Virus record (IMG/VR): IMGVR_UViG_3300042868_006787
Span: 18,054 to 82,053 of that record
Direction: 5' to 3' (one strand)
Length of the DNA: 64,000 bases
DNA from: a virus
Shown here: positions 48,561-56,813 of the stretch, piece after piece
Layout: each line of letters starts with the position of its first letter
How positions within the stretch are numbered: position 1 is the first letter of the stretch
Translations under genes and position numbers: made by a program
The notes under the pieces: generated by a model
Told to the model about the DNA's origin: nothing
The model's input: only the letters and a program-made list of their open reading frames with translations
The model's database searches: none

Positions 48561-49283
48561 TTAACAGATAGAAATAGTCATGCTTTTTAAAATCATATCT
48601 GAGGGGAAGTCAGTCCTTATTTGTGGCTTTGCTATGCCTTTAAAAGATGCATCTTCTATATACAAGGTTTGATCTATAACAAAATCATAAGTATTTTGAT
48701 ATTTTAAAGATCCCACAAAATTTACATGCTCTGTGTTATTTTTTGTAAAAAGCGTTCTTACCCAAACGTCAGTGTTTGCAGAGTAAGTTGATAATTGAAT
48801 ACTGTAAGAAATCTGTATTTTTGTTCCTACCTTAAGGCCTAAGAAATTAAACCCTTGTGCTTCGTCAATCCATAGCCGTTCGTTGTCTTTGGGCAAAAAC
48901 TCTTCATTACTTAACTTTCTTTTAAAATTAAGAGTTACCCAACCTTTATCTCCTTCGGTTATTCCTAAATTTATTTTTTGTGTTTGCGAATTATAATATT
49001 TTGCCCAACCTGGTTGTTGTCCAGATAAAGATATTCCGTCTTTACCAGGCTTTCCTTCTTTTCCTTTTGCACCTGGAGGCCCTGTAAGTCCAGGGTCGCC
49101 TTTAGGGCCTTGTGCGCCTTCTAGTCCTGGTAAACCTTGGGGTCCTTGTGGACCTTGAATTGGAACATATGTTTGAGGTGTGGGAAAAGTTTCTGGGGTT
49201 ATGTTTTGTTGCGCTTCTATAACTTTTTCAATATATGCATCTTTTGTTGCAAATGGCGTTGGCACGTTTTTACTTATTGCCAT
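48561..49283 (-). CDS. Collagen-like (Gly-X-Y) protein
   Basis: [40 protein letters not shown]. Confidence 0.85.
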   Translation of the reverse strand: MAISKNVPTPFATKDAYIEKVIEAQQNITPETFPTPQTYVPIQGPQGPQGLPGLEGAQGPKGDPGLTGPPGAKGKEGKPGKDGISLSGQQPGWAKYYNSQTQKINLGITEGDKGWVTLNFKRKLSNEEFLPKDNERLWIDEAQGFNFLGLKVGTKIQISYSIQLSTYSANTDVWVRTLFTKNNTEHVNFVGSLKYQNTYDFVIDQTLYIEDASFKGIAKPQIRTDFPSDMILKSMTISIC

Positions 49284-49287
49284 AAGG

Positions 49288-49386
49288 TTACTTCTTTATT
49301 TTTATTGTTTTGCTAACTCCAGATGCAGTTATACGAATAACATCTGGCAAATTACTCTTAACATTACTAACTTTAACGATAGCCAT
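49288..49386 (-). CDS. Small basic protein (32 aa)
   Basis: MAIVKVSNVKSNLPDVIRITASGVSKTIKIKK; start overlaps the upstream stop. Confidence 0.5.
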   Translation of the reverse strand: MAIVKVSNVKSNLPDVIRITASGVSKTIKIKK

Positions 49387-49772
49387 TATAAACTTCCAGA
49401 CACATTGCCAATTACAGATATAGTTCCAAGAACAGGAGTCCAAATAGTTTTATTTACATCATTTAGTGCAACCTGTAGGTCAAAAGTTAACTCTGCTACA
49501 ATTCCATTATAGGTGCTTCCCCAAAATGATGTAATTTCGGCAGGGGCAGTAATAATAACATATCCGTCATATGATACAACCTCTAATTCATCTATAACAT
49601 CTGTCTTTTTATCATAAGCACTGGCCGTGTATGACCAATCATCGGTATCAATATATGTAACTTCGTCATTGTTTAAAAAATCAACTCTTAGGGTGCAAGT
49701 ATCACCACGGACAATGGTCCATTTAATATTTGCTGGATCTGACCCAAAAATCTCATTTTCGCAAGAAGACAT
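49386..49772 (-). CDS. RGDT-motif virion protein
   Basis: WTIVRGDT...FDLQV...WTPVLGTI. Confidence 0.6.
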   Translation of the reverse strand: MSSCENEIFGSDPANIKWTIVRGDTCTLRVDFLNNDEVTYIDTDDWSYTASAYDKKTDVIDELEVVSYDGYVIITAPAEITSFWGSTYNGIVAELTFDLQVALNDVNKTIWTPVLGTISVIGNVSGSL

Positions 49773-49966
49773 AATAGGATTATACCACTAAATATCAAAA
49801 AAAATATATGAAGGTTTTATAACAATTTGGTAACTTTTAAAAAACTGTCTCACTCTTTAAGATTTGGCCCCAGGATACAAAATCTATAGTGTATACTTAA
49901 AATATATAAAGAAAAAAGAATACCTTTAAACCTTAGATATCTTTATATATTATATATAGTAAAAAA

Positions 49967-50233
49967 TTATTTTTCAGTTTTTGATATATGGGATAATAGA
50001 GCATCAAACATTTTATCTATTTTAGCGTCCATCTCTTTTCTCATCTCATTTGCTTCTGTCATCCGAACCTCTAACCTTGTGACCTGGTCCTTTAAACTTG
50101 ATCCAGAATTGGGGCGAATTTCAGATAGTATTTCGTCAAAATAGTGTTTTGTTAACCACTTGATACTTCCAATGACAAATGCTACAATAGTAAAGATAGA
50201 TACAATTAGGGCTGCGGTATCAGTTGTTGACAT
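49967..50233 (-). CDS. Single-TM membrane protein (holin/lysis-accessory-like)
   Basis: N-terminal TM helix, PNSGSSLKDQV.RLE and a coiled coil. Confidence 0.55.
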   Translation of the reverse strand: MSTTDTAALIVSIFTIVAFVIGSIKWLTKHYFDEILSEIRPNSGSSLKDQVTRLEVRMTEANEMRKEMDAKIDKMFDALLSHISKTEK

Positions 50234-50274
50234 AATAAAGTAATTATAACATTATTATTTAGGAGAAATTAAAA

Positions 50275-51033
50275 ATGAAAGACGCTATATTGGAAACGCT
50301 AAGTAAGTTTCAAAAAATTATAATCTCTCCAGATATTGATGGTTTTATGTCGGCGGAGTTGTTAAGTCGAAAATTTGATTCGGTTGTTGTTGGTACGTAC
50401 GATAAAAATTTGTTATGTCTTGCTGACGATGTTAAGCCTGAAGAGTGTCTTTTTTTGGATTGCGATATGAATACAAAAGATTTTGTTTCGGTCGGAAATC
50501 ATATGAGAATTGAAAATGACAATATGGCTGATTCGTCGTTTAATCCAAATCGTTTTTGGAATACGAAAATGTATACCTCTAAGTTTCCTTACGCAACCTG
50601 TTTTTTAATTTCGTCGGCAATAGAGGTTGATTTAGACCTGTATGACCTTAAACGCATGGCTCACGCTGATTCAACACTAACTAATATGGACAATTACAGC
50701 GCTAACATGCTTAGATGGTCTAGTAGGCTTAGAGAAGTGGATATCAAACCAATTATTGAAAAAACCTTAGATATATCAGATATCCGAGCAAAGTATCCAA
50801 CACAATCTTTTGTATCAAGAAGGTTTGGACTAGATAGGTATCTAGTTACGTTAAATGCTGCTCTAATTTCCGAGGGGATAAAACATCTACCAATAACTAC
50901 GGGTAAGCGCTATATGGCTGATAAGGTTGGTATAAACACCCTTATGCGTTATATGAACGATATAATATCTTATGCAGAAATATACTCAGGCGAGTATAGT
51001 GTGACGTATAACCAGGAGATGGAATGGAGATAA
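50275..51033 (+). CDS. DHH-family-like phosphoesterase
   Basis: ISPDIDGFMSA (DxDG motif), FLDCD, GNH. Confidence 0.5.
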   Translation: MKDAILETLSKFQKIIISPDIDGFMSAELLSRKFDSVVVGTYDKNLLCLADDVKPEECLFLDCDMNTKDFVSVGNHMRIENDNMADSSFNPNRFWNTKMYTSKFPYATCFLISSAIEVDLDLYDLKRMAHADSTLTNMDNYSANMLRWSSRLREVDIKPIIEKTLDISDIRAKYPTQSFVSRRFGLDRYLVTLNAALISEGIKHLPITTGKRYMADKVGINTLMRYMNDIISYAEIYSGEYSVTYNQEMEWR

Positions 51034-51087
51034 TGGCAATAGGTTTGATTATGTTTACTATTGGGCTTATGGCTGTTATTAAGAAAT

Positions 51088-51288
51088 ATGTCCGATGACG
51101 TTAAGCCTTGGGATTTGTTTAATCCTAATCAGCCAAGAAGCCAAGAGGATCTTGTTAATTCCCGCTTAAAAATATGTAGAGCATGTGAATATTTTAGACC
51201 TAAGACTGAAACCTGTCGTAAGTGTGGATGCTTTATGAAATTAAAGACTACGCTAGAAAATGCTAAATGTCCAATTGATAAGTGGTAA
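51088..51288 (+). CDS. Small Cys-rich Zn-binding protein
   Basis: RLKICRAC...CRKCGCF...K......CPIDKW. Confidence 0.7.
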   Translation: MSDDVKPWDLFNPNQPRSQEDLVNSRLKICRACEYFRPKTETCRKCGCFMKLKTTLENAKCPIDKW

Positions 51289-51308
51289 AAGCGTGTTATA
51301 ATGATTAC

Positions 51309-52052
51309 ATGAGTGTTAAAAGAATAGAACCAATTGAAATAGATAAATTTTTTACAGAAAAAGAAATGGACCTTGTCTATGGCGTTATTGATGCAAAAAT
51401 AGAAAAGGGTCTTACAGAAAAAAATGATCCATATGCAGAAATGTTTAAGTTTTCAAATAATGGTTTTATTACAAGTAATAGAGACTGGCCGAAAGAACTG
51501 ATTGATGTTATTAAAAATAAAGCAGAAGAACTAGGCCAAGGTAATGTTTCATATGAGAATATAGTTTTAATTTTTTGCCGATACACGCATGATAGTGGTG
51601 GGGCTCCAAACTTAGTTCCCCACGCAGATGTTGTTGTAAATAAAACTATGTACACCGCTACAGTGAGACTTAAAAGCAGTAAGCAATGGGATTTTTATGT
51701 AGAAGATAAAAAATTTGATATGGGAGAGTATGGTTCTGCTGTATGGTTTACTGGAAATCAAGATGTTCATTGGAGACCAGATATGAAATTTGAACCACAT
51801 GAATATTATGATATTTTGTTGTGTCAGGCCTGGACAGATACTAATAATGACCTATATCCAGAAAATCATTTTGACATCATGCTCGAAAAACAACGTGCTT
51901 TGCAAGAAAAATACAAAGACATGTTAACAATTGCAGGCACTGAAGACAAAAACACCAATACAGATTGTACAGGCATGTCTGATGGTCAAACTATTGAAGA
52001 GGCTGTTGCAATTGCAAAAGAGTTTGGCAGTAGAGCAACAAGAACAAACTAA
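51309..52052 (+). CDS. 2OG-Fe(II) oxygenase-like protein
   Basis: LVPHAD (HxD)...W.FYVE...AVWF.G....HWR; TGTTATAAT 6 nt before ATG. Confidence 0.7.
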   Translation: MSVKRIEPIEIDKFFTEKEMDLVYGVIDAKIEKGLTEKNDPYAEMFKFSNNGFITSNRDWPKELIDVIKNKAEELGQGNVSYENIVLIFCRYTHDSGGAPNLVPHADVVVNKTMYTATVRLKSSKQWDFYVEDKKFDMGEYGSAVWFTGNQDVHWRPDMKFEPHEYYDILLCQAWTDTNNDLYPENHFDIMLEKQRALQEKYKDMLTIAGTEDKNTNTDCTGMSDGQTIEEAVAIAKEFGSRATRTN

Positions 52053-52231
52053 TCTAGAGAGTGATCTACCTCAGATTTACAAGTACAGCCATCGCAACAA
52101 AATTCTTGAAAAACCTTTAACGCCAAACCATCATTTATAACAGGTTCGTTATCTTGTAATCTTGCTATGTTAAGGGGTGTTTCATATCCTTTAGGAGTTT
52201 GTCTACTCCAAGAATCTGGATACTCGCTCAT
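52049..52231 (-). CDS. Hypothetical protein
   Basis: 60-aa ORF with CCxxCxC. Confidence 0.5.
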   Translation of the reverse strand: MSEYPDSWSRQTPKGYETPLNIARLQDNEPVINDGLALKVFQEFCCDGCTCKSEVDHSLD

Positions 52232-52731
52232 TGACCAAATACCCCGAAAAATATTACTGCCAAACCAATTATAATTATTGATGCAATAACTTGTAATGCA
52301 ATTACTCTCATTAAGAATCTTTTCATGAATTTATTATACTACTATATAGTCCACCAGGTGTTGTTATTGAAGAAGAATCCGACTTTTTCTCTGTATGCTG
52401 CATACCCCGCATTAATTGTATTCCAATCAGGATCGTGCGTTGTCAAACCACAGTATCGGCATAAGCCATGTCCTACATAGGTATAAGCGTGTTGACACAT
52501 ATCTTTATTATACTACCTGGAAAATCTGAAAAAATTTTTATTTTGACAAAATCTGAATATTTTGTTTAGATGTACGATGCAGCATTTAGAAAATAAAAAC
52601 CACAAAATATAGTGAGCACATAAAGGGGGGAAGCCCTCTATGCTTGCTCTGGGTAGTGTGTCCTATCGTAGTCAGCAAGTGTCCCACCATTGTCTAGATG
52701 GGCCTTGCGTCTTAACTGTTCAGCAGAATAC

Positions 52732-52917
52732 TCAGACACTCTTGCGTCCTTGTATCCAACCCGAATGAATACCAATTAGCGGTGCGTTAATGTTAACCGC
52801 TGTTCCTAATGGTAATGCGTCAGCATATCTCTCGATAAACTCTAACACCCTGTCCTTGTTTTCAAACGGCATCTCTTTTACTGTACCGCTTACTGATGTT
52901 AGTTCTACTGTTATCAT
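52732..52917 (-). CDS. Small early protein, paralog of 54919-55101
   Basis: AGGAG RBS; aligns with 54919-55101 over its length. Confidence 0.7.
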   Translation of the reverse strand: MITVELTSVSGTVKEMPFENKDRVLEFIERYADALPLGTAVNINAPLIGIHSGWIQGRKSV

Positions 52918-53140
52918 CTATCTCTCCTAATTAACTTAATTGAATAGATGAAAGCAATAGTGCCAACTAATAACCATGATGGTATGTCTAGTGCTAGACC
53001 AATGCTGTCAATGTATAGACTAAAGTAGTCTAGATCAAAATATAATTCCATTTATTCTTCGTCCTCTCCGAACATCTCTACTAACGCTTTGTTAGCATTT
53101 TGTAAAGCCTCTATGGCTTCGTTAATCTTATCAGCGTTAG

Positions 53141-53341
53141 TCATAGCGAGAATCCTAATCTATTAGAAGTGATAGCCTCTACCTGTGCTAATTGCTCAGG
53201 AGTAGCGTTGCGATAAGCGTTAATGCTCTCAGCAATCCATGGAAAACTTTCCATAGCAAGCGCATGCTCTTTAGCATAGCGAGCCTGTTGGGCTTTTCTA
53301 ATATCCGCAATAATGTTATTGTTAGGGTTATTGTTTATCAT
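53141..53341 (-). CDS. Hypothetical early protein
   Basis: GAAAGGA RBS; downstream of the PafBC-type promoter at 53381-53402. Confidence 0.65.
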   Translation of the reverse strand: MINNNPNNNIIADIRKAQQARYAKEHALAMESFPWIAESINAYRNATPEQLAQVEAITSNRLGFSL

Positions 53342-53380
53342 TTATAGTTATCCTTTCAAGATACTTTCTTTATACCCCCT

Positions 53381-53402
53381 AGTCTAGCAGGGGGGACTGA
53401 CA
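53381..53402 (-). promoter_or_regulatory. PafBC/RecA-NDp-type promoter
   Basis: TGTCAG-TCCCCCCTGC-TAGACT on the minus strand. Confidence 0.65.
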
Positions 53403-53441
53403 TTTTGGGGACTTTCCCCTAGTGTCGTGGTGTGAGATACC

Positions 53442-53569
53442 TCACTTAATTGCTACGCTCATCCTATTGCTAGGCTTATTTGGTAGGCTCATTGAGGCTA
53501 TCTAATCTCTAACTCACTTACTTGCTAGGCTCATCCTCTTATCGAGGGTTATTTGCTAGGCTCATTGAG
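53442..53569 (-). repeat. Array of five 13-bp repeats (ATGAGCCTAGCAA consensus); minigene- or iteron-like
   Basis: Copies at 53450, 53467, 53480, 53522 and 53553. Confidence 0.85.
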
Positions 53570-53732
53570 TCTGCTTCTTTATTTTTTTGTATAATGGAAT
53601 TATAGCAGAGATAACCCCAAAAGTCAAGACGACACGCCGTAAATAACACGCATGTAATTAGTGATATACACCACACGACAATTCGGACATATTGGACATG
53701 TAGCCCGGCGCTATCGGGTGTGTCTGAGAGAG

Positions 53733-53797
53733 TTATCCACATGATATAGATCACATACCCATTTCACGCTTAAGTTATCCACATGACCTACATCACA
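53733..53797 (+). promoter_or_regulatory. Two DnaA boxes, each overlapping a CRP-like box (42-bp period)
   Basis: TTATCCACA at 53733 and 53775, each continuing as CATGA-N6-TCACA. Confidence 0.7.
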
Positions 53798-53837
53798 CGA
53801 CACAATGTCCGATTTGTCCTACCTACTAGTCAGTAAA

Positions 53838-53859
53838 TGTCAGTGGTAGGTGTTATACT
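53838..53859 (+). promoter_or_regulatory. PafBC/RecA-NDp-type promoter
   Basis: TGTCAG-TGGTAGGTGT-TATACT. Confidence 0.65.
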
Positions 53860-53910
53860 TCTAGTATAAAGAAAGTTGAGAAAGGTTCTCAAACTTAGAA
53901 AGGAATTCAA

Positions 53911-54084
53911 ATGAATTCAGTTATAAATAAAGTGTGTAAGCATACACCTAATAAAAATGCTATCTCTATCGTTAATGACGAAAGATTTACCTTCTGCGAG
54001 AATTGTGAGCAGAATATAACTTCTCACTATCGTGAGGATAATGACTTCATGTCTTATTGGACTTCTTGGAAAGTTGGTAAGTAA
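53911..54084 (+). CDS. Small Cys/His protein (57 aa)
   Basis: GAAAGGA RBS; CKH...FCENCEQ. Confidence 0.6.
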   Translation: MNSVINKVCKHTPNKNAISIVNDERFTFCENCEQNITSHYREDNDFMSYWTSWKVGK

Positions 54085-54186
54085 ATGATAGATTTATTTT
54101 GTAAAGTTTGCGATGGCTTTGTGCTATCGCTTCCTGCTGATGAAGCAGAAGACTTAACTGTTAAATGTTCTAGTTGTTGGGAATAA
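54085..54186 (+). CDS. Zn-ribbon microprotein (33 aa)
   Basis: CKVC...CSSC. Confidence 0.55.
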   Translation: MIDLFCKVCDGFVLSLPADEAEDLTVKCSSCWE

Positions 54187-54190
54187 TAAA

Positions 54191-54316
54191 ATGTTAAAAG
54201 AAATAAAAAACAAAATTATTCGTATTCAAGAATTGCGTCGTAGTAATGCTGCGACTCCAATTCCAAATAAAAAAAAGTATTCAAGAAAAACAAAACATAA
54301 AAATAAATTGCAATAA
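54191..54316 (+). CDS. Small basic protein (41 aa)
   Basis: MLKEIKNKIIRIQELRRSNAATPIPNKKKYSRKTKHKNKLQ. Confidence 0.6.
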   Translation: MLKEIKNKIIRIQELRRSNAATPIPNKKKYSRKTKHKNKLQ

Positions 54317-54351
54317 AAAAACCCGGCGCACCTGGCGTGTCGTACACAGGC

Positions 54352-54387
54352 TGTGGATAACTTACGTACGATGTGATTTTTCTCACA
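54352..54387. promoter_or_regulatory. DnaA box (reverse) and perfect CRP/GlxR-type box
   Basis: TGTGGATAA at 54352; TGTGA-TTTTTC-TCACA at 54372. Confidence 0.7.
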
Positions 54388-54435
54388 AGACTTGAGCGTC
54401 TCATTATTTGGAATTACTGGCTAGTAGGTTGTAAA

Positions 54436-54457
54436 TGTCTGCTAATTCTGATAGACT
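54436..54457 (+). promoter_or_regulatory. PafBC-type promoter (variant)
   Basis: TGTCTG-CTAATTCTGA-TAGACT. Confidence 0.55.
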
Positions 54458-54494
54458 TACGGAGTAAGAAAATAAAGAAAGGAAGTGGCTAACA

Positions 54495-54698
54495 ATGGCT
54501 AACTTATACACAATAGAAAATCTCCTAGTGGGAAAAACTTATAACTCAAAAACTTTGTCTGGAGAAATTGTCTCAGCAGAGAAATCTAATCAACCAATTT
54601 GGTATGGAGAAAATACGGAAGCGTATTTGGTAGAAATTTTTTCTCCTCATACTTTGCGTAATAAATACCGCACAATTGCGGTGAAGGTTGGTGAATAA
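54495..54698 (+). CDS. Hypothetical early protein
   Basis: GAAAGGA RBS; 67 aa. Confidence 0.65.
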   Translation: MANLYTIENLLVGKTYNSKTLSGEIVSAEKSNQPIWYGENTEAYLVEIFSPHTLRNKYRTIAVKVGE

Positions 54699-54700
54699 TA

Positions 54701-54823
54701 ATGGGATATATTGAGATATTTCGCCTTGATGAACAAGGTGCTGGGTGGGTTGACCTTTCTGAGGCTACCCCCGCAGAATTGCTTGACCTAGAAATTGGCT
54801 TATTCCAAGAAGGGGCTTTGTGA
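54701..54823 (+). CDS. Small acidic protein (40 aa)
   Basis: MGYIEIFRLDEQGAGWVDLSEATPAELLDLEIGLFQEGAL. Confidence 0.55.
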   Translation: MGYIEIFRLDEQGAGWVDLSEATPAELLDLEIGLFQEGAL

Positions 54824-54884
54824 GATAAATCACAAGGCAACACACCCCCCGCAGGTTGAAAATGTCGGTGGGATTTGATAGGAT
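54819..54884 (+). promoter_or_regulatory. Perfect CRP-type box followed by a PafBC-type promoter
   Basis: TGTGA-GATAAA-TCACA at 54819; TGTCGG-TGGGATTTGA-TAGGAT at 54863. Confidence 0.7.
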
Positions 54885-54918
54885 AGTCTTATCAAACAAT
54901 AAAGAAAGGTGGTCAGAA

Positions 54919-55101
54919 ATGACTTACACTATAAAACTAGAAACCTATAATGGCGCAGTAAAAAATATTTACTTAACCACTAAAGGACAAGTGGCTGAGT
55001 TTATTAACACTTATCCAAACCAATTACCTGTTGGCGTATCTGTTAAATTAGATTGCGATATGCTAGGGATTAGAGGAACGCTAAGAGGTAAAAAACAATG
55101 A
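54919..55101 (+). CDS. Small early protein, paralog of 52732-52917
   Basis: GAAAGG RBS, start MTYTIKLET. Confidence 0.7.
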   Translation: MTYTIKLETYNGAVKNIYLTTKGQVAEFINTYPNQLPVGVSVKLDCDMLGIRGTLRGKKQ

Positions 55102-55247
55102 TTAACTCTGTTATGCGTTTTGATTGTAATGATTGCAATGGGCAAGGTCTTATCTTTTGGGGTAATGACCTTGACTACAATGTGGAAAAATGCGAGTGTA
55201 ATGATTTCGCACTAGGAACTTTATTTACTACGAAAGAGGCTGACTAA
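55098..55247 (+). CDS. Zn-finger microprotein, paralog of 55751-55915
   Basis: CNDCNGQG...GN..DY.V..CECN. Confidence 0.6.
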   Translation: MINSVMRFDCNDCNGQGLIFWGNDLDYNVEKCECNDFALGTLFTTKEAD

Positions 55248-55439
55248 ATGACTAGAAAAGACTATATCAAAACCGCAAACATATTGGCTGGATTTGTAGA
55301 TGAAGTTCCACAAAACACTTATGAAGATTTAGTTCAAGAGTTTGCTGAGTGGTTCAAATCAGATAACGAAAACTTTGACTTTGCAAGATTTGAAAAGGCT
55401 TGCGGAATTGATGAGATTGGATTAATAAATGTTAACTAA
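55248..55439 (+). CDS. Hypothetical phage protein
   Basis: MTRKDY...F..DN.NFD.ARF..AC, a recurrent small phage protein pattern. Confidence 0.65.
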   Translation: MTRKDYIKTANILAGFVDEVPQNTYEDLVQEFAEWFKSDNENFDFARFEKACGIDEIGLINVN

Positions 55440-55592
55440 TTTAGATGTGATTGCAATAATAATTGCGCTACTTGGTTGCTTAACTGTTATGGGTTTATTT
55501 TGGAAACAAAATATTGCACAACAAAAAGAAATTCGCAGATTGCAAATTGCGTTGCGAACTGAGCGACTTAAAAACAAATAAACAAAAGGCCC

Positions 55593-55608
55593 TAGAACAT
55601 ACGTTCGA
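55593..55608. promoter_or_regulatory. LexA (SOS)-like box, actinobacterial/Gram-positive type
   Basis: TAGAAC-ATAC-GTTCGA, one mismatch to TCGAAC-N4-GTTCGA. Confidence 0.55.
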
Positions 55609-55704
55609 AAGGCCCGGCGCTGACGGCGTGTCGCAATCAATAGTCTTTACGTGTGGTTAAGATCACACCCCAGATTCTCCAGATTATGGTGTCTAATTAG
55701 ATTT

Positions 55705-55726
55705 TGTCGGTTGTATCTGATAGGAT
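55705..55726 (+). promoter_or_regulatory. PafBC-type promoter
   Basis: TGTCGG-TTGTATCTGA-TAGGAT. Confidence 0.65.
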
Positions 55727-55750
55727 AAAGATATAAAGAAAGAAGGCAAA

Positions 55751-55915
55751 ATGGGTAAAGTAAAAGCAAGCGTAATGGATATATTGGAGTGCGATAGTTG
55801 TTATGGCTATGGTTGGCAATTCGTAGGAAATGCTATAGACTATGATGTATGGGCGTGCGAGTGTAATCCTTACAATATCCCTGCCGACAACCTACTAGAT
55901 TGGAAACTAAACTAA
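55751..55915 (+). CDS. Zn-finger microprotein, paralog of 55098-55247
   Basis: CDSCYGYG...GN..DYDV..CECN. Confidence 0.6.
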   Translation: MGKVKASVMDILECDSCYGYGWQFVGNAIDYDVWACECNPYNIPADNLLDWKLN

Positions 55916-56124
55916 TGGAATATACTTATTCACTTACTACTTCGTATGACGGAGAGTTAATTCATACCCTGCGAGTTAGCGATTTGTTTGACGCCGTTCA
56001 TGCTTGGGATAAATGCGTGGACTATGGCTTTGCTAAAGAATACGCAACCTATAACTTGTCTGACCCAACAGGTAAGATGTATACTAAAACCTTCTACACC
56101 AACGGAAAGGTATCAATTAAATAA
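55915..56124 (+). CDS. Hypothetical early protein
   Basis: TAATG coupling at both ends. Confidence 0.6.
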   Translation: MEYTYSLTTSYDGELIHTLRVSDLFDAVHAWDKCVDYGFAKEYATYNLSDPTGKMYTKTFYTNGKVSIK

Positions 56125-56408
56125 TGGGATCAATAACAGCAATAGGTTTAGCAGATACAACGCTAGACCTAGAAACACAATTAAAGTATCACTTGCAAGG
56201 TAATCATTATCCACCAATACCAACAGTAATGGTGCAGCCTTGCATCGAGGCTATTGACGCTTACTATGATGAGGACTACTCTCGTAAAATAGAGTTGCCA
56301 ATTGTTGATGGATTCCAGATTAGTTGGAAGGGTAATACTTGGACTACCGCTAGTGCATTGGTATCACACGCACACCTAGAGTGGTTTATCGAGCCAGTAG
56401 ATGAGTAA
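56124..56408 (+). CDS. Hypothetical early protein
   Basis: 94 aa, HLQGNHYPP. Confidence 0.65.
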   Translation: MGSITAIGLADTTLDLETQLKYHLQGNHYPPIPTVMVQPCIEAIDAYYDEDYSRKIELPIVDGFQISWKGNTWTTASALVSHAHLEWFIEPVDE

Positions 56409-56489
56409 AGACTTGCAAGATAAACTAGATGCAGTTGCGCTAATCTTAGAGCCTATTCTATGGGAAACACTAGCAGAAATTGAGGAACA

Positions 56490-56729
56490 ATGAAAACATT
56501 AGAAAACGATGATATTATTCTAATTATGGATTACTATAAAGTTGATATGTTAACTGCAGGACAGTTAATGGTTGACGATAACATTCTTGTTGATGGCGAG
56601 GTTGTTTGTATTACTGAAATAATTTCATTAGCCGATGGATACACTTTAGAAATTATAAATGATTTTGGTGAAAGAGATACTATTGAAGTTTCTGAGTATC
56701 AGCAATTTGATTTAATGATGTTGAAATAA
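56490..56729 (+). CDS. Hypothetical acidic protein
   Basis: 79-aa ORF with GAGG RBS. Confidence 0.55.
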   Translation: MKTLENDDIILIMDYYKVDMLTAGQLMVDDNILVDGEVVCITEIISLADGYTLEIINDFGERDTIEVSEYQQFDLMMLK

Positions 56730-56813
56730 GAGGCGCCCGGCCAATGTCCGTTTTGTCCCATTTTGTTAATTACGTATACTTGTATTTTTCCCCTAAAAAT
56801 GTTATACTTAATT

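Noticed and set aside
49780-49965. AT-rich TATATA region with ATAAC-N6-GTAAC as an origin or GlnR/MtrA-type site
   Set aside because: A single weak occurrence in very AT-rich DNA; not distinguishable from chance.
52519-52565. AAAATCTGAA direct repeat as a genome terminus or pac signal
   Set aside because: Only two short copies; read-end data would be needed.
53539-53754. 71-aa minus-strand ORF from the track
   Set aside because: It runs across promoter and operator motifs; only its last eight codons (MSLANNPR) lie downstream of the promoter.
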